Position numbers and translations under genes: made by a program
The notes under the pieces: model-generated
What the model was told of the DNA's origin: nothing
Databases searched by the model: none
Seen by the model: only the letters and a program-made list of their open reading frames with translations
In this document: positions 22,571 to 37,480 of the stretch, piece by piece
Layout of the letters: every line of letters begins with the position of its first letter
Numbering within the stretch: position 1 is the first letter of the stretch
DNA from: Dicyema japonicum
Lineage: Eukaryota > Animalia > Dicyemida
NCBI GenBank assembly: GCA_011109175.1
Contig: RDEW01000011.1
Coordinates: 428,193-492,192 of the forward strand
Direction of reading: 5' to 3'
Length of the DNA stretch: 64,000 bases

Positions 22571-25540
22571 CTTATGTTATGTTATCCAATTAAGTCGTGT
22601 CCGACCCTTGGAGATCTCATGAACAGTTTCCTCCACTTTCCGATCCGTCGCAATTTGAGTAGCCTTGATAAGGCATTCACGTGACGTTTTCCACCGTGGA
22701 TAGCCACCGAGTCCTCGGTCGGCCAGGTCTTCTTCTCAGTAATATTGCTCAGCATAATGGTTCTTTCCAGGAGTCAGAGCTGACAACATGCCCAAAGAAC
22801 GCCAATCTGTGTTCTACGATTCTTCCTTCTAGCGAAATGTCTGTATCCACCCTTTTGAGTACATCGGTGTTTGTTATTTTGGAAGTCCAAGGGATTCTTA
22901 GTAACCTCCTCCAGCACCACAGTTCAAAAGCTCAATTTTTGGTCTATTCGCCTTTTTCAGTATCCATGATTCTGCGCCGTATAGAAAAACCGGGAACACG
23001 ATTGCATTAACCAGTCTTAAGCAAATATTTTTGCTTTCCAAATTCTATTCATTCTTTGGAAGGTTCGTCCCATGGCAATTCGCCTCTTGATTTCCAAGCC
23101 TCCGTCACCAATTCCATTGATTAGATATCCCAGAAAGACAACATTAACGCAACTCTCTATTTTCTCATTCTCAATTTTTAGCCAATTTTTAGTTCCATTA
23201 TTAGCAGTCGTCATAATTTTGGTCTTATTGATATTTAGCAGTAAACCAAAGACGGCGCTCTCTTCTCTGAATCTTAGAATCAACTCCCTGAGGCCATCCT
23301 CTGTTTCAGCCAGTAAGGTTGTATCGTCAGCATAGCGCAAATTATTGATGTTCCTGCCTCCAATTTTAATCCCGTTATTTGATACAGTATCCAATTTAGT
23401 CATGATCATTTCGGCATAAATATTGAATAGAATGGGAGATAATAAGCATCCTTGTCTTACTCCTTTACCAATTTTGAACCAATCGGTATCTCCATACACT
23501 GTTCTAACAGTAGCTTCTTGATCCTTATAAAGAGATTTGATAAGCAATATCAGATGGGCATCGAATCCAAATTCTTTTAAAGCGGACCACAGCTTGTCAT
23601 GTATAACGGAATCAAAAGCTTTCCGATAGTCAATGAAGCACATGTATACATTCTTTTGGGATTCATGGGCTTTCTCCATAATCCACCGGACATTTGCTAT
23701 ATGGTCACGTGTGCCTCGTCCCTTCCTGAATCCTGCTTGGACATCCGGTAGAATCATTTCGGCATTTGGCATTAGACGATGTTGTATTATCTTTAGAAGT
23801 ATTTTGCTGACGTGGGGAATTAAGGCTATTGTACGATAGTTTGAACAGTCCTTGCTATCCCCTTTTTTCGGTATTGGAATAAATATAGATCTTTTCCACT
23901 CACGTGGCCAAATACCAGTTTCCCAAATTTTTTGACATAGACTGGTGATAGCTGTCACCGGTATAGCCTTCAACAATTCGCTTGAGATGTTGTCAATCCC
24001 CGGTGCCTTGTTCCCCGTTAATTGCCGTGTAGCCCACACGCATTCCTCCTCAAAGATTTTATGCCCCTCACCCAACGTTGCTTCATCAACATATATGGGT
24101 GGGCACACAGTTTCTGAATATAGTCGTTCCGTATATTCTCTCCAACGATTTCGGATGTTCTGTTGGCTAGCAATTCTAACCATCCATTGTCCTTGATTTT
24201 ACCCATCATTTTTGTAAAGGGGGTTCGTATTCTTTTTAATTGTAAATACGTATTCCTAGTGTGACCTCTCTTATAGTCATCTTCCAGTTTCTGTCGCGTA
24301 ACTTCCAGTAGTCTTCTTTATCCTTCCTGGTTGCCTTTTTGAATTCAGAGTTAAGTTTTCTTGTCTCGTCTATATTCCCAGAAACTTTAGCAGCTTTACG
24401 AGCCTCAACAATTTTTGGGGTGTTGAATAAGAGCCACTCAGATCACTTGGTAGGTGTTTTGTATTTGACATGTTTTATTGCAGCCTTCCTGATAACCAAC
24501 TGTATATCATTCCATAATTCATCAGGCATCCTTCCGTTCAAATCCAGTAATCCAATATTGTGCTTAACTTCCATTGCGTATGCTGGTGGATGTTTGAGAC
24601 ATCGAATTTCTTTACTCGGGGGTATTCCAAGTGTTACTGAATTTCGTCCTAATTTTTGCAACAAGTAGCTGGTGGTCTGTTCCACAGTCTGCCCCTGGAT
24701 ATGTTTTGACGGCTGTTATAGAGCTTTTCCAGCGTTTAGCTCACAAAAATAATCAATCTGGTTCCTAGACATTCCATTAGGCGACGTCCAAGTGTATAAT
24801 CGTCGTTTGTGCTGTTTTAACCATTTGTTAGTTATCTGAAATCCATTTTCCTGACAGAATTGGACCAATCGATCCCCAGCATTATTTCTTTTCCCCAAAC
24901 CAAAACTTCCCACAATATCCGTATGTGGCATACAGCCAACGTTTGAATTGAAATCCCCCATTATGTAGATTATGTCCTTTTTGGGTATTAGCTTTAGTGC
25001 CTCTTGAAATTCATAATAAAATTGGTCAATTTCGTCATGTTTGGCAATAGATGTTGGGGCATGCACTTGCATGACCGTAATATTCAATGGTCGTCCACGG
25101 ACGTGGATTAGTATTATCCGATCATTAAATATTCTATGACTTTCAATAGCAGGTGCAATTTTCTTTGAAGCAATGAAAGGCCACTCCGTTTCTTTTGCAT
25201 TAATGTTACCAGAATAATATATGACGAAATCATCAGAACGAAAAAAACCACTGTCGATCCAATGAAGTTCGCTTACTCCAAGCAGGTCAATATCAAACCT
25301 TCTCATTTCTCTTTTTACAACTTCTAGTTTCCCTTCGCTTAAGCCTCTTACGTTCCATGTTGCGAAATTGTGAGAAAACGAAGACTCGAGATTTGATGTT
25401 TTGCAGCAACGTTGCTTCCAATTAGATCGTAGGAGAGTTTGCTCAAGATAATTTTGGCATTTAAATACAGGGTAGGTTGCCAGGTCTTTCCCCGTCAACA
25501 GCTCTTATATTGGGATAAGTTTCAGAGAATGTATAAACAC
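22571..25540 (-). mobile_element. Near full-length RTE-clade LINE, BovB-like
   Basis: APE ORF 24716-25498 (FATWNVRGL, IMGDFNSNVG) and RT ORF 23017-24183 (LPDVQAGFRKGRGTRDHIAN, GVRQGCLLSP, LRYADD); 3' end gggtcggacacgactt plus an (ATAAC)n tail. Confidence 0.92.
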
Positions 25541-25734
25541 CACAACAACACGTGATTATTAGTACTCATATATTCTCACACTTCCATTGCCGGAGAAGAT
25601 AGCGAAAAGTAAAGGTAAAAGTCAAAAATTTTTATATATTTTAATGAAGCCTGGGGACCGAGAAAGAAAAACATAAAGAGGTCATACTATTAGGTAATTC
25701 TAATCCCGCGATCAATCGTGCTTCTAAGAGAAAC

Positions 25735-25800
25735 CTTCGACCAGGTAGCCAGTGGGAGGAATAGAACTCAGGATCATCACACCACTAAGCTACTGGTTGG
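25735..25800 (-). mobile_element. tRNA-like SINE head fragment
   Basis: Minus strand tagcttagtgg (A box)..gagttctattcc (B-box-like)..cctggtcgaaggtttc, similar to the family 1 head. Confidence 0.5.
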
Positions 25801-26375
25801 TTATGTAGCTACATTGATACCTTATTTATCATTTTTTTAACATCCCAATACTAAGCTAAAACCAAACTAATTATCACGTGATCCCAATGCGTTCCAACAG
25901 TGACCTTATCTTTTCCAAATGTTCCTCCCTCGTGCCCACGCATGATCGTACAATACGGCTGACTGGATTTACGGGGCCGCATTCCCGCATTCTGGAGTCG
26001 TCTCCTTTTTAGTACTAATTAAATTTTAAATAAAATTACTAATTTAAGTTTTTTTTCAATTATATTAAATGATTTTTAAATTTAGTTGTGAAACGTGTAG
26101 TTTATGTGTTCTTATGTGTGTTTCTCGATTGCGATGATTATAAGTTCCTCAATGAAATATGATTAGATTCACTGGGCTATGAGCAATTTTTAACAAAAAA
26201 TATTAGTGGGTGACAATTATGTTATTGAACAAAAAACTGATTAAAAGTCGTTAAACGACCTGGATTCTATAATTTTACTTATTTGGCAATTCCATGTTTA
26301 TTAATGTGTTTTTTGCCGATCGTTAACGAGTAACTTTTGTTGACAAATATCATGTTCTAATTTTATCAGTTAGAA

Positions 26376-27553
26376 CAGTGGTTCTCAACGAGGGCGAATA
26401 TTTCATTTAAAATTATTAGCGTGAGTTATAATACTTCGTGATGAGTCTTGTTAAAAAAAGTTAGAATTTATTAAGACGAATATATTTCTTTAGGATTTAT
26501 TAAAAATTCTCAGGATCCTCATAAACCGCTTTGTTTGCAATGTGGTACAGTGTTTTCCAATGAGGCAATGAAGCCATCGCACTTAATCGAATATTTAAAG
26601 CGTAAACATCTCAACTCAATTGGAAAAAAAACAGATTTTTTTTGAATTAAAAAAGAATTATGAAAATAAAAATGTTTCTGGACTATTTTGTTCATACAAA
26701 GTTGCAGTGATAATTGCAAAAACTGGTTATTTTATTTATTTTAATTTGCAGGTAATCCCCATTCGACAGGAGAGAGTGTTATTCGTCCGTGTTTGGACTC
26801 ATTTATTCACGAATTTTTACAAAAAGATTCTTCAAACATACTGAGGACCATCATAAGAAATGATACAATAAGAAGGAGAATTGATGAAATTTCTAATGAC
26901 ATGAACAATCTTTAATATTATCTCTCAGAGAACCAAAGTTTTCCGTTCAACTTGACGAATCAGTTGTCATTGATAATCAATCTATTTTGATGGCTTATGT
27001 CAGGTGACAACGATTCAAAAATTTACGAATTTCACTTAGAATTTTTGGCCGAGATTTAAAAAAAGATTTTCCGACTTGATAAATTTGAAATTTTCAGATT
27101 GGATGATTAAACTTTTGTACTCGTTCCGTATGATTGTGACGAAGAATTTCAAAAAGAATTAATTAAAATAAAAATGAAGAATTAAAATCAAATTCAAAGT
27201 GAAAACCTTACACAGTTCTGGGGATCTAAATTAACTAAGATAAAAGTCCCGAAATTATGGGAAAAAATGACTCCAATCATTTTATGTTTTCCGACTTTAT
27301 ATTGATTTACCACTCTCACCAATGCCATCGGGAAAAAGCGAAACAAAATAAATGTACAAGAAAAGGAGATATAAGGATTGCACGAAAAGAAAGGCAAATT
27401 TAGAGAATCTTTTGAATACTCATCAACCACATGGATCTCATTAAAACTATGATTTTTAAATAAAAAATATTTCTTAAATAATTTCTGTATGTGGTAATAA
27501 CTTTTTGACTTGTGAACTAAGGGGCGATTAAATAAAAAGGTTGAGAACCACTG
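26376..27553 (+). mobile_element. Internally deleted Buster-type hAT element with both ends
   Basis: TIRs cagtggttctcaac and gttgagaaccactg; TSD agttagaa/agctagat; transposase remnants AKTGNPHSTGESVIRP, NDTIRRRIDEIS, QLDESVVIDNQ. Confidence 0.9.
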
Positions 27554-27570
27554 AGCTAGATCATGCTAGT

Positions 27571-27793
27571 GCCGCGACTAAAAGAAGACTGCCATCAATT
27601 AGGTCTGATCTGGTGCCGTGACTAAAAGAAGACTGCCAATTATTAAGTTAGGCCTGTTGGCGTAACTAAAAGAAGAGACCCCAATTAACCCTAGTCTGTT
27701 GGCGTAACTAAAAGGAAAGGGCTCCCACCAGTTAAGTCTGGTCTGGTGCCGTGAATAAAAAAAGACTGTCATCGATTAAGTCTGGTCTGGTGC
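27571..27793 (+). repeat. Degenerate minisatellite, five units of ~42-46 bp
   Basis: Recurring gc(c)gt(g/a)actaaaagaaga..tctggt units. Confidence 0.8.
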
Positions 27794-27944
27794 ATCAGAG
27801 TTAAACGGTCGCAAATACCTATATGTGGAGGTTATATAAGAAAACTTAAAAATAAGGAATTATCCAACCTTAGAAAAGACTTACGATGTCTCGTGTCTAT
27901 TGATCCCGACAGCCTCATTAAACTCATTAATTAATTTCCTTTAT

Positions 27945-28900
27945 TATTTATAAACCCAAGACCACCAAAAAAGTATTAACTCGCTAAATTAAGTGATCCA
28001 GCCTCCAACATCTCTCGAATTCTTTTCGAATGCTCTGCCAGTAAACTAACAGCGTTCCTGAAGTGTCTTCTTTTATGTCTGAAGAGGAATTCTATCGAAG
28101 TGCACTTTTTTTAATGCCGATCTGAATTCCTCCGAATGAGCCGCCCTCTCCCTGAATGGGTTTCCTAGCTACTTGCACATACGTAGGAAGCCCTGGCATT
28201 TCTCAACATCGGCTCCTCTGAAAGGAGACTTGGGATGGATATGGTGTCTAATTGCATATGACGCGTGATCTTCCGTTTAATAGTTCATATGCTCGACTCT
28301 CGTAGAGGTTAGCGAATCTCCAAACAGAATAAGGCATATTCAATCGTCGGCACAATAACTTGAAGATATAGTTTGCTGATACAAGCAGTAGGTGGGAAGG
28401 GGCTCTTCTTTATGATAGCTTTTGAGACGTTCCATTTTTAAGACCCTTGGTTAACACTTCTTCCTCCATGTGACTGGAGAACTTCATAAGAGAGTCGAAT
28501 ATCAGTCCAAGGATTTTCTGGATTCGCGTATAAGAAATGAGAATGTTTCCGAGGAATACATCAAGTCCACCTTTAAATCTTCTCTCCGTAGTAAATAGGG
28601 TGAATTGAGTCTTGGATACATACAAAGACAGCAAATTCATGGATAGCCAGTCACACACCTGGTTGAGGTGTGACTGAACCACCGCCACAGCCCTGGAAGG
28701 AGATTTGTCCCTTGCAGTGATAATCAGGTCGTCCGCGTAAAATAAAAACATAGTGTCCTGATCATTGATAGTAGGTAAATCGTGTAGAAATAAGTTAAAT
28801 AAGAAAGGAGACAGAGGGAAGCCTTGTGGGACCCCATTAAGGAGTAGTCTTGATTTTGAAGTAATTTTTCCAATCCGGACTCATCCACGTCGTCAATAAA
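27945..28900 (-). mobile_element. LINE RT and 3' fragment
   Basis: GVPQGFPLSPFLFNLFLHDLP, FYADDLII, KILGLIFD; 3' aattaagtgatcc motif. Confidence 0.85.
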
Positions 28901-30039
28901 TTGCTTGAAATTTGGCCAGGCTGCTTTCTTATAGTTCGTGAAGGTAAGCTATTGAAAGTTTTTGGCGTTGAGATTACCTACATTATAATATTTCACAGTT
29001 ACAAATAATAGATATTTATTATTATTATTATTAAAAGCACTTTCACAGAACTAAAGCACGTTATATTAACTAAGGTCCCGTTTGTGCCACACGTTTCGGG
29101 AGTTGCTTCACTAGGCGTCTCCATCGCCTTTATATGAGTTGTATAGTCTTATTCTTAGATTTGTTTTTATTAGTTTCGTTGACTATTTCTTCATTGGAAA
29201 AATTACTATCTAAAGACCGAAATTTTAAACCCGAAAACGTTTTGAAATACACAGTTCTGTATTTTAACAAAGATTTTGATTAGTTTTTCTTTATATTAAA
29301 AAAATTTTTTTGTAGATAAATTTACCATAAAGTCAAAAAAGGTCAAAATTTTGATTTTTAAAGTCAATAAAGTCAATTTTAGATCAAAATTTTGAAATTT
29401 TAAAGTCAATAAAGTCAATTTTTAGGTCAAAATTTCCGATTTATAAAGTCAAAATAAAAAATCGCCCTACTCATGATTTTCCTGGCACACCAGATCACTT
29501 TATCGATTTGTGGGAGTGTGACTTTGATTTTTATGCTTTTGTAAAATTCACATTAAGACCCATTCAGTATTTATGAGGAGTGACGAACGCTCGCTAAGCC
29601 AAATAGACACCTTTTTAGACAGCACCAAAGATATCACAAGAACACTCAATCCTGACTTTACAAAAACTTAAAAACCTGGTTTATGTAATTAGGCAAAAGT
29701 GCTTAAATTAATTAGGACCTGATTGGCCATATGGCGCCATGTAGTGCTATATGACTAGTTTGTCAAAAATTATTTTTCTTTCCTCCGATAGCGTCATTGG
29801 ATCTACCTTAATGGAAAGACTCCCAATGCCTGGCCAGCATCAAGAGGATCCAACTATTCTTTCCCCGGAGGACAATGTCGTTACCTGATGAGAAGTTCTA
29901 GAACGCTGGAACGAGTCAGGATCAAGAAGTTAGTAAGTTTGGTTACCCTTGGTCTTTGCAATAATTTTAATTTAATTTTACGTCGTATCTTTTCGGAAAA
30001 TTAAAAAAAATTGGGGACCCCATCTTAAAGCGCTGTTTA

Positions 30040-30920
30040 TCTGTATTTTTGTGGTAATTAGTTCTTCATATGACTCGGTTGTAAGTTCATTAATGTCTCC
30101 AATAAAATTTTCTTTTTCCAGGGAATAATGCTAGGATTTCTAAAAAAGTAAATGTGTCAGCAAAATTTTACCAAGCTTCCTTATTAACAGGCTTCAATAA
30201 ACCGAAACTTCAAAATCCGCAATCCGAAAGACATTTATTAAAAAATTCGGTACTGAAGATATCATCATTTCAAATGCTAAGGTATTTGATGAAAAAGTCG
30301 TATCAATGATCTGGAATTTAGTAAAGGCTACACAGACTTAAAGGAAGATTTAATCTTCACGGAAAAACCAAAAATTTTAACACAAGATGAAATTAATTTG
30401 AATAGAAAATTATGATTGATAAGTTAAAAGAAGTTGACCCTGACGTATTGCTAAACATGGATGAAACTGGAATCTTTTTTTCAATCTTTCCTTTCTAGAA
30501 CAATTTCATATAAAAATAATAGCATAAACAATCAAATGTGAGAATTACTATCACTATAGCTAAAGCAACCGGAATAATGAAACTAAACCTTTTGTTATTT
30601 GGCAAGTCAAAGACCGAGATGTATAAAGATTTTGACTTAGAAAATTATTTACTATGCAAATGAAAGGGTTTAAATGACAAGATAACTTTTTAATGTTTTC
30701 ATCAGCGGCAGAACAGGCTCCATTCCTAATATGAATTAAAATATCAAGAAAAAATGTTATTTTCACTGATATTATTTTTACTGATAACGAAATTTTTTGA
30801 AAATTAAAATTTTATTCCTTCCAAAAAACATAACTGCTCAACTTCAACCAAAGAATTCAGGCATAATCAAAAACTTTAATCATTATTGTGAAAAAGCTTA
30901 TTTTGGATTATTATATGGAA
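30040..30920 (+). mobile_element. pogo/Tigger transposase remnant; a candidate right TIR ends at 31676 followed by TA
   Basis: LLNMDETGIF, RITITIA, LFGKSK and FLPKNITAQLQP; gagggtttactg|ta at 31665-31678. Confidence 0.75.
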
Positions 30921-30934
30921 GTTTGGCCATATTC

Positions 30935-31180
30935 TCAGATTGGAACAAGACACGCCAGCAAACGTCGTCATGGAAGAATACTTGGATACGTCAGGGGAGA
31001 AGTTCAGAGGTCGTCCAAGAATAACTCTTCCGGAAGTCCTTAATGGTGACCTGAGATCAGTAACCAGACTACTAAAGGACGGTGAAGACCTTAGTAGTCT
31101 GCGGCACTTGGCATCGGACAGGAGGGGATGGGAAAGGCTAATTAAGAGGATTGTTCAGACGCGGCACGAATAGAATTATA
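30935..31180 (+). mobile_element. RTE-type LINE C-terminal fragment
   Basis: GEKFRGRPRITLPEVLNGDL..LRHLASDRRGW. Confidence 0.65.
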
Positions 31181-31289
31181 GTTTATATGATTCTATGTAG
31201 TTGCTTATAATAATAATATATGGAAGTTCTTGAAGTTCTTGATTTGGAAAAGAAATTTTGTGAATTTACGGAAGGTCATAATTATGATG

Positions 31290-31590
31290 TTTCACGCATA
31301 AAGTAAAGAAGACACAATAAAATTGTTTCAAAAGGATATTTGCTAATGAAAATATCATGCAAGATCCTGCTTTGAGTGAGTACGTCGACGAGGAAATTAT
31401 TGGTGCTGAAAATGGAGAAAAGTGAAAGGTTTTCACTTTTGAATTTGATTTTGAGTTTTTGATTTTTCAATTCAATTAATTATTTTTGAAATTCTTCGTC
31501 ACAATCATACGGAACTGATACAAAATGATTAATCATCCAATATGAAAATTTCAAATTTATCAAATCGGAAAATTTTTTTAAAATAAATAT
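31290..31590 (-). mobile_element. Buster-type hAT fragment
   Basis: Reverse-complement match to 27050-27190 (gaaattcttcgtcacaatcatacggaac..). Confidence 0.75.
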
Positions 31591-31934
31591 TAATTACAAT
31601 GAAATTAGTATATTTATATCCTTCACAATCCGAAAGGCATCCAATTTTTTTTGTTCAGATTAATGAGGGTTTACTGTAATTAATTAGCGGCACAAAACCA
31701 CTAATTTCCGGAACAAAGTCTACACCAAATTTGTCGGGATCACTTTGTTTGTTTTTTCGGCTTAGCGGTGATCTTGGAATAAACTTTAAATTCATTTAAA
31801 GTACGAGAGCGTGACTTTACTTAGCAGCCCTATAGTTCAAATTTCTAAAGTTAATCAAAGTATGAATTCAAAAATACAGTACAACCCAGATCCAATAAAA
31901 CCCAGCTTGGGGTACCTTTTATATATGGGGGACT

Positions 31935-32255
31935 TTTTTATTTATTTATTAACCCCGGATACACCGAGAAAGAAGTTAAAGTAAACAACTAATTAAGTGT
32001 ATCTAGTTTCCACTTCCACAGAAACAGAGTCCATACGGAATCAGCATAAAAGGTAAGACGTCCATTACATGCAGTTGTGGAAACCCCTCCACTGAAGTGG
32101 GGAAGAGCAAATGATCCTTTTTCGTGCCAGCCTGGCACTGGGCGTCACCTAGACAGGTGGATCACATGACGACACTCTATTAGGAAGAGAGAGGAGGAAC
32201 AGACAAGCAAGCGGAAAACTTCAGCCAATTAACCACGCAGCACCACGCGGAAACC
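31935..32255 (-). mobile_element. SINE family 2, full length
   Basis: Near-identical to 44815-45125 over ~310 bp. Confidence 0.85.
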
Positions 32256-32379
32256 TATAAAGGTCTTTTATGATAGTTTATTTAATTTCCGACCAATAGA
32301 ATAATAAATAAAAATCATCGAACCCGCTTATTTAATTTTTTTTAATTTAAAAACCAAGAATCGCCGACAAAAACGAAGG

Positions 32380-33130
32380 AAGGTAGGGGCCGTCAGGTGA
32401 TCCCGGTCCCCTTGAGCAGCAGCCTCATCTTTCCTCGGTGTTCATCCCGAGTGCCGACGCACTTCTTGTATGGACGATCACTTTCCGGAAGGTTGGGGGT
32501 TTTGGCTGAGCTCTCGTTCTCCTCAGAGTTCCTCGAAAGAGGTTGGTTTTAATGAGGAGGAGGATCTTTGTAGGGTTTTCGTTGCTGTCTCTTGGAAAGA
32601 GTTTAATTTTTTAGGTTGGTGAGGGATATGTTAGTACCCCATGCCGCACAGCAGTAACTGATTGGCGGAAGTACATTAATACTAGAGATGATCTATTGTT
32701 GGGTGGAATCATTTCTTGTAGTATCCAAGTAGCGTTTTTACGAAGTTTAATTTTTGCTGGGAAGAGGAGATTATGTCGCTCACATGTTTGCTGAAGGTAA
32801 TTAGTGGGTCATATGTCACCCCCAGTATTTTGGTTGAATTTGTGGAGGGAATTGTTATTCCATTTAGGGTCAATGGAGGAGCCGAGTTATTCAACCTTCT
32901 GTTGGAAGTAAAGATCATAGAGCACGACTTTTCAGGACTTGTGTGTAGTTGGTCCCTCGTTAGTCAACAGTTTAGGGTATCCAGTGAATCTTATAAGCGG
33001 GTACTCTGTTCTCAGGATTAAGTCGTAAGCAAGGAATAGGGTATCGTCGCAGCTGTAGGAAGGCATGTCGCCCATGAGTAGGTTGAATAGAATGGGAGAG
33101 AGGGGGATCCTTGCGGGACCCGATCAGGGA
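32380..33130 (-). mobile_element. LINE RT/C-terminal fragment
   Basis: GVPQGSPLSP..YSCDD and TKILGVTYDPLITFSKHV. Confidence 0.8.
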
Positions 33131-33189
33131 ATTTTTATTAAATAAAAAATTTATTTATTATTCTATTCTAAATTATAGCGACCCATTTT

Positions 33190-33480
33190 TAAACCATGCC
33201 AAAAAAGCTTTATTTTGCCTTGAAGCAAAAATTTTATGGAGCCTTAGCAAGTAACTCTACGTCCGAAAGAGAAATATCTTGAAGTTGGGAAAGGAACAGT
33301 ATCTAGAATCAAATTTTTGAATTTTTCATAAACCTGAGGCAAGATGACCAAGTTTAATATGGAAGATTTTTTTAATTGTGTGAAACTTGCCTTTTCATTA
33401 AGAAGAATTCAAATAAATCATTTGTCACTAAAAATGAAAATGTTAATGGATAAATTATTTTACTCTGTATTTGGGGCTCT
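33190..33480 (+). mobile_element. Possible pogo/Tigger N-terminal HTH remnant
   Basis: MPKKLYFALKQK..EVGKGTVSRIK. Confidence 0.35.
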
Positions 33481-33589
33481 TTTCTATTGTGGCAGGGGTT
33501 GAATATTCATTTTTAATTAATTTTCAAAATTATGAAAATTATTATATAAAGGAATATCAAAAGAATATAACCAACAAAGAAAGGAAGAA

Positions 33590-33740
33590 AGGGAAACACC
33601 CCATGCAATGATATGACGAAGTAGGAGAATAGAATGGTTCTTTTTCATGCCCATTGCCATTGGGCGTCACCACATTATGAGACAACATGATAGCAACATT
33701 GTGTATGTACAAGGGCAGAAGTTTCAGAGCAGCGATGGGA
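33590..33740 (-). mobile_element. Diverged SINE family 2 core
   Basis: ttctttttcatgcc..cattgggcgtcacc..acatga resembles 44990-45050. Confidence 0.5.
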
Positions 33741-34076
33741 ACATAGTGCAGGATGAAAATTAGAAAGAGGATAAGATGAACCTGAATGCTATTACTTTTT
33801 CTCGTGTTTTATTGAGCTATGTAAAAAGATAAAATCAAACTAGAATACTTGCCTTAGTCCTGTCAATATAGGATCCACCACAGCGGTGAAGCTTTGCGTT
33901 TTATTAAAATTGCTGCCATGAGGCCTTGATTGTTTCGCAGTTTTACCCCCTACAGTCATCTGTAACAATAAAAAATTCATTTTAATGAGACTATGGCTAA
34001 TCAAAGATATAATTAATCTTAAAATTCATCTCAACTTAAAAAATAAAAACCATAAAATAATAAAAAGTAAGAACGA

Positions 34077-35942
<1,866 letters not shown>

Positions 35943-36059
35943 TTACCACGAAACAAAGCGTTGGCTCAAGATTAGTTAACGGTATTTTATTAATATTATT
36001 AATTATTGTTATTTTAAACATATTAGCAATAAATAAAACTAAATATACTAAATCTCGAC

Positions 36060-37480
36060 ATTCATATTGATAATCCGGTTATACGCCAGAAAAGTAATTT
36101 TTGATATGGATCATCTCCTCGCGGCGAAAATTGGACGTTGAGTTCTAAACAACAATTGAAAGATACACAATTTCTCCCTCATGGGATCTTCCCATCAACG
36201 GAATCCTTTGGCGTTCAGCTCCTTCCACGAATCCCTTCCCCTCTTCGGAGGCGTCGAACCTAATCCGGGCCCATCGGAATCTCCTTATTCAAGGGATACT
36301 CATTCATTCGCATGGACCGCCCTAATGGAACAAATGGGGAAAGTGCTTTTCGGACTTTGAAGTCAAAAATATTTATTTTATTGATTCCGCAATTAGACAC
36401 TTCAACATATGCATACTCACAGCAGACTGAAAATACATTCCCCAGGTATTCATCCCTGAGACAAAACCACTCTTCACTAAGAAGATCATAAAAGAAAGGC
36501 GTGCTTTAAAAAGGAGTGGCGTCCGAGACACAAACTCAGCCTTCCGACTAATCAGCATTAACCGGATGATCTCCGATCACATCCTCCAAAACAAACGGTC
36601 GAAATGAAAGGAATTTGTCTCACGTCTAGACCAAGCAGAACGAGTTTTGGAACATATTTAGATCCATTTCGTCTGGACAGACATACATACAACCTCTACG
36701 CATCTCGAACATACAAACGTCACATTCCAATTCATTTCAAGAATAAGCAGACGACTTAATGGCCCATTACAGTAATATTTGTCTGATCAATATGAATAAA
36801 TCAAATCGTGTCCGGAAACTGAATCCCCCTTCATCACTGAGTAATTCCCCAATCAAAATAGACTGGATGGATATACGTGTCTTGATTATAAATGCGAAAA
36901 ACTCTCCCGCAAAAAGCCCAGGTGAAATACGCATATATCATCTAAGAAAATGGATTGCCGACCCTCACGAACATCTACCAAGCATCCTTGAATTCGGGAT
37001 TTGTGCTTATGCTCTGGAAACAATCCACAATAATCCCGACTGTAAAGACTAATAAGAACCCGCATGATTCAAAATCCTTTCGACCTATTTCCCTTCTCTG
37101 TGCTGCATCAAAAATCCTCGAGAGATACATTCCCAACTGTATATAACCTCACCTAAACGCGTCAATTCTTAGCACGGCTTCCCCATCAAGTATTCAACCT
37201 CTCCCACCTAACCAAGTTAACTGACTATATTGGGGATGGATTGAACAGTCATAAACAGCCACTCCACACTGTCCTGACCTCCATTGACATTTCCAAGGCC
37301 TTCAACAAGACCTCCTGGCACTTTGTTTCCAACAAGATTACCACAACGATTATTCCTCCATTCATTCAAAATGGCTGAAGTGATTCCTCTACACATTATA
37401 AAAACCACATTAAGCTGACAGCTTAAAAATGATTGATTGACAAGTGACATGTAGCATGAGTGGGACGCGACATTCTTTTT
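36060..37480 (+). mobile_element. LINE ORF2 fragment (APE C-terminus to RT)
   Basis: LWKQSTIIPTVKTNKNPHDSKSFRPISLLCAASKILER and SIDISKAF. Confidence 0.85.

Larger units (their letters stand above)
22362..29469. mobile_element. hAT-like non-autonomous element with TAGGGCGATTTTT TIRs, split by ~6.7 kb of nested sequence
   Basis: 13-bp perfect TIRs at 22362 and ending at 29469; 8-bp flanks ctcattat/ctcatgat (7/8); AAAGTCAA arrays inside both ends. Confidence 0.7.

Noticed and set aside
27571-27793. CRISPR-like appearance of the repeat array
   Set aside because: Units are degenerate along their whole length, there are no unique spacers or cas genes, and the context is eukaryotic.
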